Source: Basidiobolus meristosporus CBS 931.73
Taxonomy: Eukaryota > Fungi > Basidiobolomycota
Reading direction: 5' to 3'
DNA: 64,000 nt
Assembly (NCBI GenBank): GCA_002104905.1
Contig: MCFE01000004.1
Coordinates: forward strand, 186,001 to 250,000
Shown: piece by piece, positions 60,769 to 64,000 of the stretch
How positions within the stretch are numbered: the first letter of the stretch is position 1
How the letters are laid out: each line of letters starts with the position of its first letter
The notes under the pieces: generated by a model
Told to the model about the DNA's origin: nothing
Database searches by the model: none
Seen by the model: only the letters and a program-made list of their open reading frames with translations
Made by a program: the position numbers and the translations under genes

Positions 60769-63700
60769 TTAACGATGAACACTTTCTTCATCATCAACCC
60801 AGATGCAGCGCCATCCTTTCGGTGTGAATTCCTCGCCTGAATCCCAACGACGCCATGCTTCCAGATAGCCCTTTTCCAAGTTTCGTACCCATCGGGGAGT
60901 GTCAAACAACGGTGAGCGATCTCGCTTAAGAAACAGGTCTTGACGGAGATCCATCAGAATGCCATGACCAACGCGGTAGTACGCTGGCTGTAGAATATTA
61001 CCTTGCAAAATACCCAGCGTTTGATGGGGCTGTTGTAGCTGAGGCACCTGATCGTCCGCAACGTATTCGTAGGTGAGGTCTTGGGCGTACTTTACAGCGA
61101 CATCCTCGTATTCCATTTCTGAAGCAACTACCATTTTGTCACCGTGTCCAGTGGCGATCGCTATGCTGGCTGCAACCCGAGAGCAAAGTTTATGATTATG
61201 TCGAGGATAGGTGAGAATAGGTGTTCCTGACCAAAGGATATCGCAGCCAGTTGTATGTCCATTGCACTCGGGTGTGTCCAAGAATAAGTCAGCAACACGT
61301 CCACGATGAATATGAACATTCTTGGGCGCAACGTCGGTAAAGATCACACGCGAAGCTACATCTTTGCCAGCATATTCCTCCGCAGTTCGAAGTAAATGTG
61401 CTTCACCTGCAGCGGGGAACCGAAGTAGCCACATGATGGAATTCGGAACACGGGATAAGATTCTTAACCAGACTTTGAATATTGATGGATCGATCTTGTA
61501 GAGTTGGTTAAAGTTGGCAAAGATCACCGTATCGTCAGATAAATTTGGGAACAGCTCACGTCGCATCGTCCAACGTTTTTTCTGCTCCAATTTCCAAATT
61601 AACTCCGGGTTGGCTTGTGTCGAAAGACCTGTTGATTTCATGTCCTCTTCATCCCTAAATCCTTGTCTGTGATCGTTAACGAAATATGAGTGCGGCATAT
61701 AAATCATTTTCTCCGTATAAACCCACTCCTCGCTAGCCTCCTCGGGGTCCATATCTCCCACGGCAATACCTTCAACCTCATGATTGTTGGTAATATGGCC
61801 ATCCTGTATCTGATAGTTGCTCAGGCCTTCCATATTATTCAGGTTCCTCCAGCGTTCGCAGGCCACTAATTCCGGTGGGCAAACAACTGGATCTGCAATC
61901 AGGTAATCGCACCAGCCAGCCCCGAGACTACCGGCGAACCCCATATAAGCCATAAGGATTGGTGCCGGTCTAGCGGCAAAAACTTCATTGCGCGCCCCTT
62001 TGGTATACCCGTTCAGATTAACCAGGATATGGATGCCATCCTGAACGATCTGTTCAACTATTGCTTGCGTGGTCCAGCTGGAAACATTCTGAAATACGTG
62101 GGCTTCTCGCTCGATTTTGGCTCGGTAGGGGGACTGATCGTTGGCTGTAGTGGCATAACAGTAAACCATGAACTTGTTAGGATCATGAAGACCGAACACT
62201 GACTGCATCAAGTGAGACAGCGGGTGATTGTTGAAATCAGAGGATACATATCCTATCTTGATCAAAGGCGAAGGAGGTGGCGGAGGTGGGTACACAGTTG
62301 CGGGTAGCCAGGAAGAGTTCAGTACGTTGTGCGAGATCCGAACGGCATTACGATGAGAAATTAGCCGAATTTGCCGAGGAGACAGTGGGTACGTAAAGGT
62401 ATGAAACGGAAGGACAGTTGGGGCAGATGGAGGACTCATGGAAGGGAGAATCGGTCTTTGGTACTCAAGGGTTGCTTCATTGTCGTTGATCCTGCGACCA
62501 TATTTATATTGGTCAAGATACCAACGCCTTTGGATATATCTCATGCACCGTTCAACAATTCGGATAAGCCAACTACCTTCGTTGCGGTGCACAGCCTCGT
62601 CTTGACGTCTCTCACGAGACACACGGCTTTCAAAAGTGCTCATGGAAAAAATCCAATCGTTGATTTTTGACTTCTGAGAGTCATCTAAAGGTTCGATTCC
62701 AAGTGCTTTAGAGACCATGGCAATGATAGTTCCATGTGGTGAATTATCTTTAAGCAGTATGCCGCGGCCCCACTCAAGTCCTTCAGTCAATTGTTTGTCA
62801 ACAATTCGACTAACTTTGTCCATCATCCATCCTGTAGAGTCGCTGGGGCGTTTCTTTTCGGATCGAACAAGAACTCCTTCAGCCCCCTTCTCTAGCTTAA
62901 CTACGCAATCTGCTGGTCCGCCTCGGCCTCTCCAATCGCAAACACCGCCTAACGCGTTCACTAGTCCGCAAATAGCTTCGCCAAAGTCAGGATTCACCTC
63001 TACTGCTCGCATATACCATTGAATACTATCCTGTACTCTACCGATATCTTTGACGGCATTTCCTAAATTGGCAAGAGCAATATCGAACCGAGGGTTACAT
63101 TCTACGGCTTTCTCGTACATGCGTATAGCATCTTGTAGACGTCCCATGTCCTTGAGTAAAGATCCGAGGTTCGTATACAGGTGAGGATGTCGAGAATCCA
63201 GAGTGAGGCCATAGGTGTAGTATTGATATGCTAATGCAGGCCCGTTCAATGGCATTGAACATTTAGGCGTAGGCGCTGGAGCTCCGACAGTACTTAGCAA
63301 TATCCCCAGGTTATTGCATGTTGAAGGAGACGGATAAAGTGAAAGGGAGAGATAATAAATAGGAAGCAATAGCTGTAATGGGGCAGGGCTGCCATTATCC
63401 TGGTACAACTTCGCCAACGTAAGTAGGATATTGGAACAGGTTTGGTTGGTTTGCTGCACACTAGAACTGGAAGGCGAATAGCCTGCTGCTTTTTTTTCGT
63501 ATCCACTGGCAAGTCCAGGGAGCATACCATCCGATTTAACGAATATAGATTTGCAAATTTGGACTGCCTGCTCAGGAATCAACAATAGCATTGGTAGTGA
63601 TCCAGGGTTACTTTGCTCCTCAGTAGACATCCCAGCAAGTCGGGCAATAGATGACACTACCTCAGCTAGAGTATGTCCGTCAAATACAATCTCTAACGCA

Positions 63701-64000
63701 CGCTCATACTCTTTTTTGGCACCAGGAGAGTCGCCCATCGCGTAGAGTAAGTTGCCTTTGGTGTAGAGAAGGTTTTGAATGCGAGGGGTGTGAACAGCCG
63801 CGATTCCTAAGTGTTTTGGTGATAAAGGAACACCTCGCTTGGCGTTCGAAAATACGTGAGACTCAACAAAAGTACAAACTTCCATTGCCTCAGTATAACG
63901 TGTTTGCTTGCTAGTTGCGGTTCGAGTATCTTTGCAATTCTGGCTACAAAGGACACCTAGAAGATTCTCCACGGCATCCCAGTAGCCTGGACGAAGTCGA
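60769..64000 (-). CDS. OGT: O-GlcNAc transferase-like protein (TPR + GT41), 5'-truncated by the window edge
   Basis: TPRs (HPHLYTNLGSLLKDMGRLQDAIRMYEKAV, FDIALANLGNAVKD); catalytic motifs IGYVSSDFNNHPLSHLM, NLNGYTKGAR, FANFNQLYKIDP, DLFLDTPECNGHTTGCDILWSGTP. The frame stays open to 64000 (LRPGYWDAVENLLG). Confidence 0.93.
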   Translation of the reverse strand, partial: RLRPGYWDAVENLLGVLCSQNCKDTRTATSKQTRYTEAMEVCTFVESHVFSNAKRGVPLSPKHLGIAAVHTPRIQNLLYTKGNLLYAMGDSPGAKKEYERALEIVFDGHTLAEVVSSIARLAGMSTEEQSNPGSLPMLLLIPEQAVQICKSIFVKSDGMLPGLASGYEKKAAGYSPSSSSVQQTNQTCSNILLTLAKLYQDNGSPAPLQLLLPIYYLSLSLYPSPSTCNNLGILLSTVGAPAPTPKCSMPLNGPALAYQYYTYGLTLDSRHPHLYTNLGSLLKDMGRLQDAIRMYEKAVECNPRFDIALANLGNAVKDIGRVQDSIQWYMRAVEVNPDFGEAICGLVNALGGVCDWRGRGGPADCVVKLEKGAEGVLVRSEKKRPSDSTGWMMDKVSRIVDKQLTEGLEWGRGILLKDNSPHGTIIAMVSKALGIEPLDDSQKSKINDWIFSMSTFESRVSRERRQDEAVHRNEGSWLIRIVERCMRYIQRRWYLDQYKYGRRINDNEATLEYQRPILPSMSPPSAPTVLPFHTFTYPLSPRQIRLISHRNAVRISHNVLNSSWLPATVYPPPPPPSPLIKIGYVSSDFNNHPLSHLMQSVFGLHDPNKFMVYCYATTANDQSPYRAKIEREAHVFQNVSSWTTQAIVEQIVQDGIHILVNLNGYTKGARNEVFAARPAPILMAYMGFAGSLGAGWCDYLIADPVVCPPELVACERWRNLNNMEGLSNYQIQDGHITNNHEVEGIAVGDMDPEEASEEWVYTEKMIYMPHSYFVNDHRQGFRDEEDMKSTGLSTQANPELIWKLEQKKRWTMRRELFPNLSDDTVIFANFNQLYKIDPSIFKVWLRILSRVPNSIMWLLRFPAAGEAHLLRTAEEYAGKDVASRVIFTDVAPKNVHIHRGRVADLFLDTPECNGHTTGCDILWSGTPILTYPRHNHKLCSRVAASIAIATGHGDKMVVASEMEYEDVAVKYAQDLTYEYVADDQVPQLQQPHQTLGILQGNILQPAYYRVGHGILMDLRQDLFLKRDRSPLFDTPRWVRNLEKGYLEAWRRWDSGEEFTPKGWRCIWVDDEESVHR

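Noticed and set aside
4806-64000. Co-location of OGT and its classic substrate class (the FG nucleoporin Nup98), and of GCLM with a GST
   Set aside because: Separated by many unrelated genes; there is no reason to infer a cluster.

Overview
Gene-dense eukaryotic DNA with short GT-AG introns (about 55-100 nt) and fungal-type proteins. The gene complement (GCLM, OGT-type GT41, augmin-like subunit, Ecm33) suggests an early-diverging fungus, possibly Basidiobolus-like; this is inference only. About 28 protein genes are supported, mostly housekeeping: RasGEF, NUP98-96, GCLM, BDF1, ECM33, HECT E3, CCE1, GST, RPL11, CAX4, SKI8, beta-tubulin, ClpX, RIB1, PAM18, RLP24, NFS1, RPT5, MRM1, ERV25, RSM10 and OGT, plus several uncharacterised genes. 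I found no supportable tRNA, rRNA, CRISPR array or intact transposon. The most unusual spot is a small island between RPT5 and MRM1 (52640-53242). It encodes a 93-aa prepropeptide (signal peptide, repeated acidic spacer, KR site, then GVRYYGCVIC-stop with a CaaX/CxxC end) below a 39-bp triple repeat. Also notable are a beta-tubulin substituted at benzimidazole-site residues (Q6, M198), an abrupt GC switch inside one BDF1 exon, a HAUS7-like gene and a tandem-KH protein. Exon boundaries were read by eye and multi-exon coordinates give the gene span.
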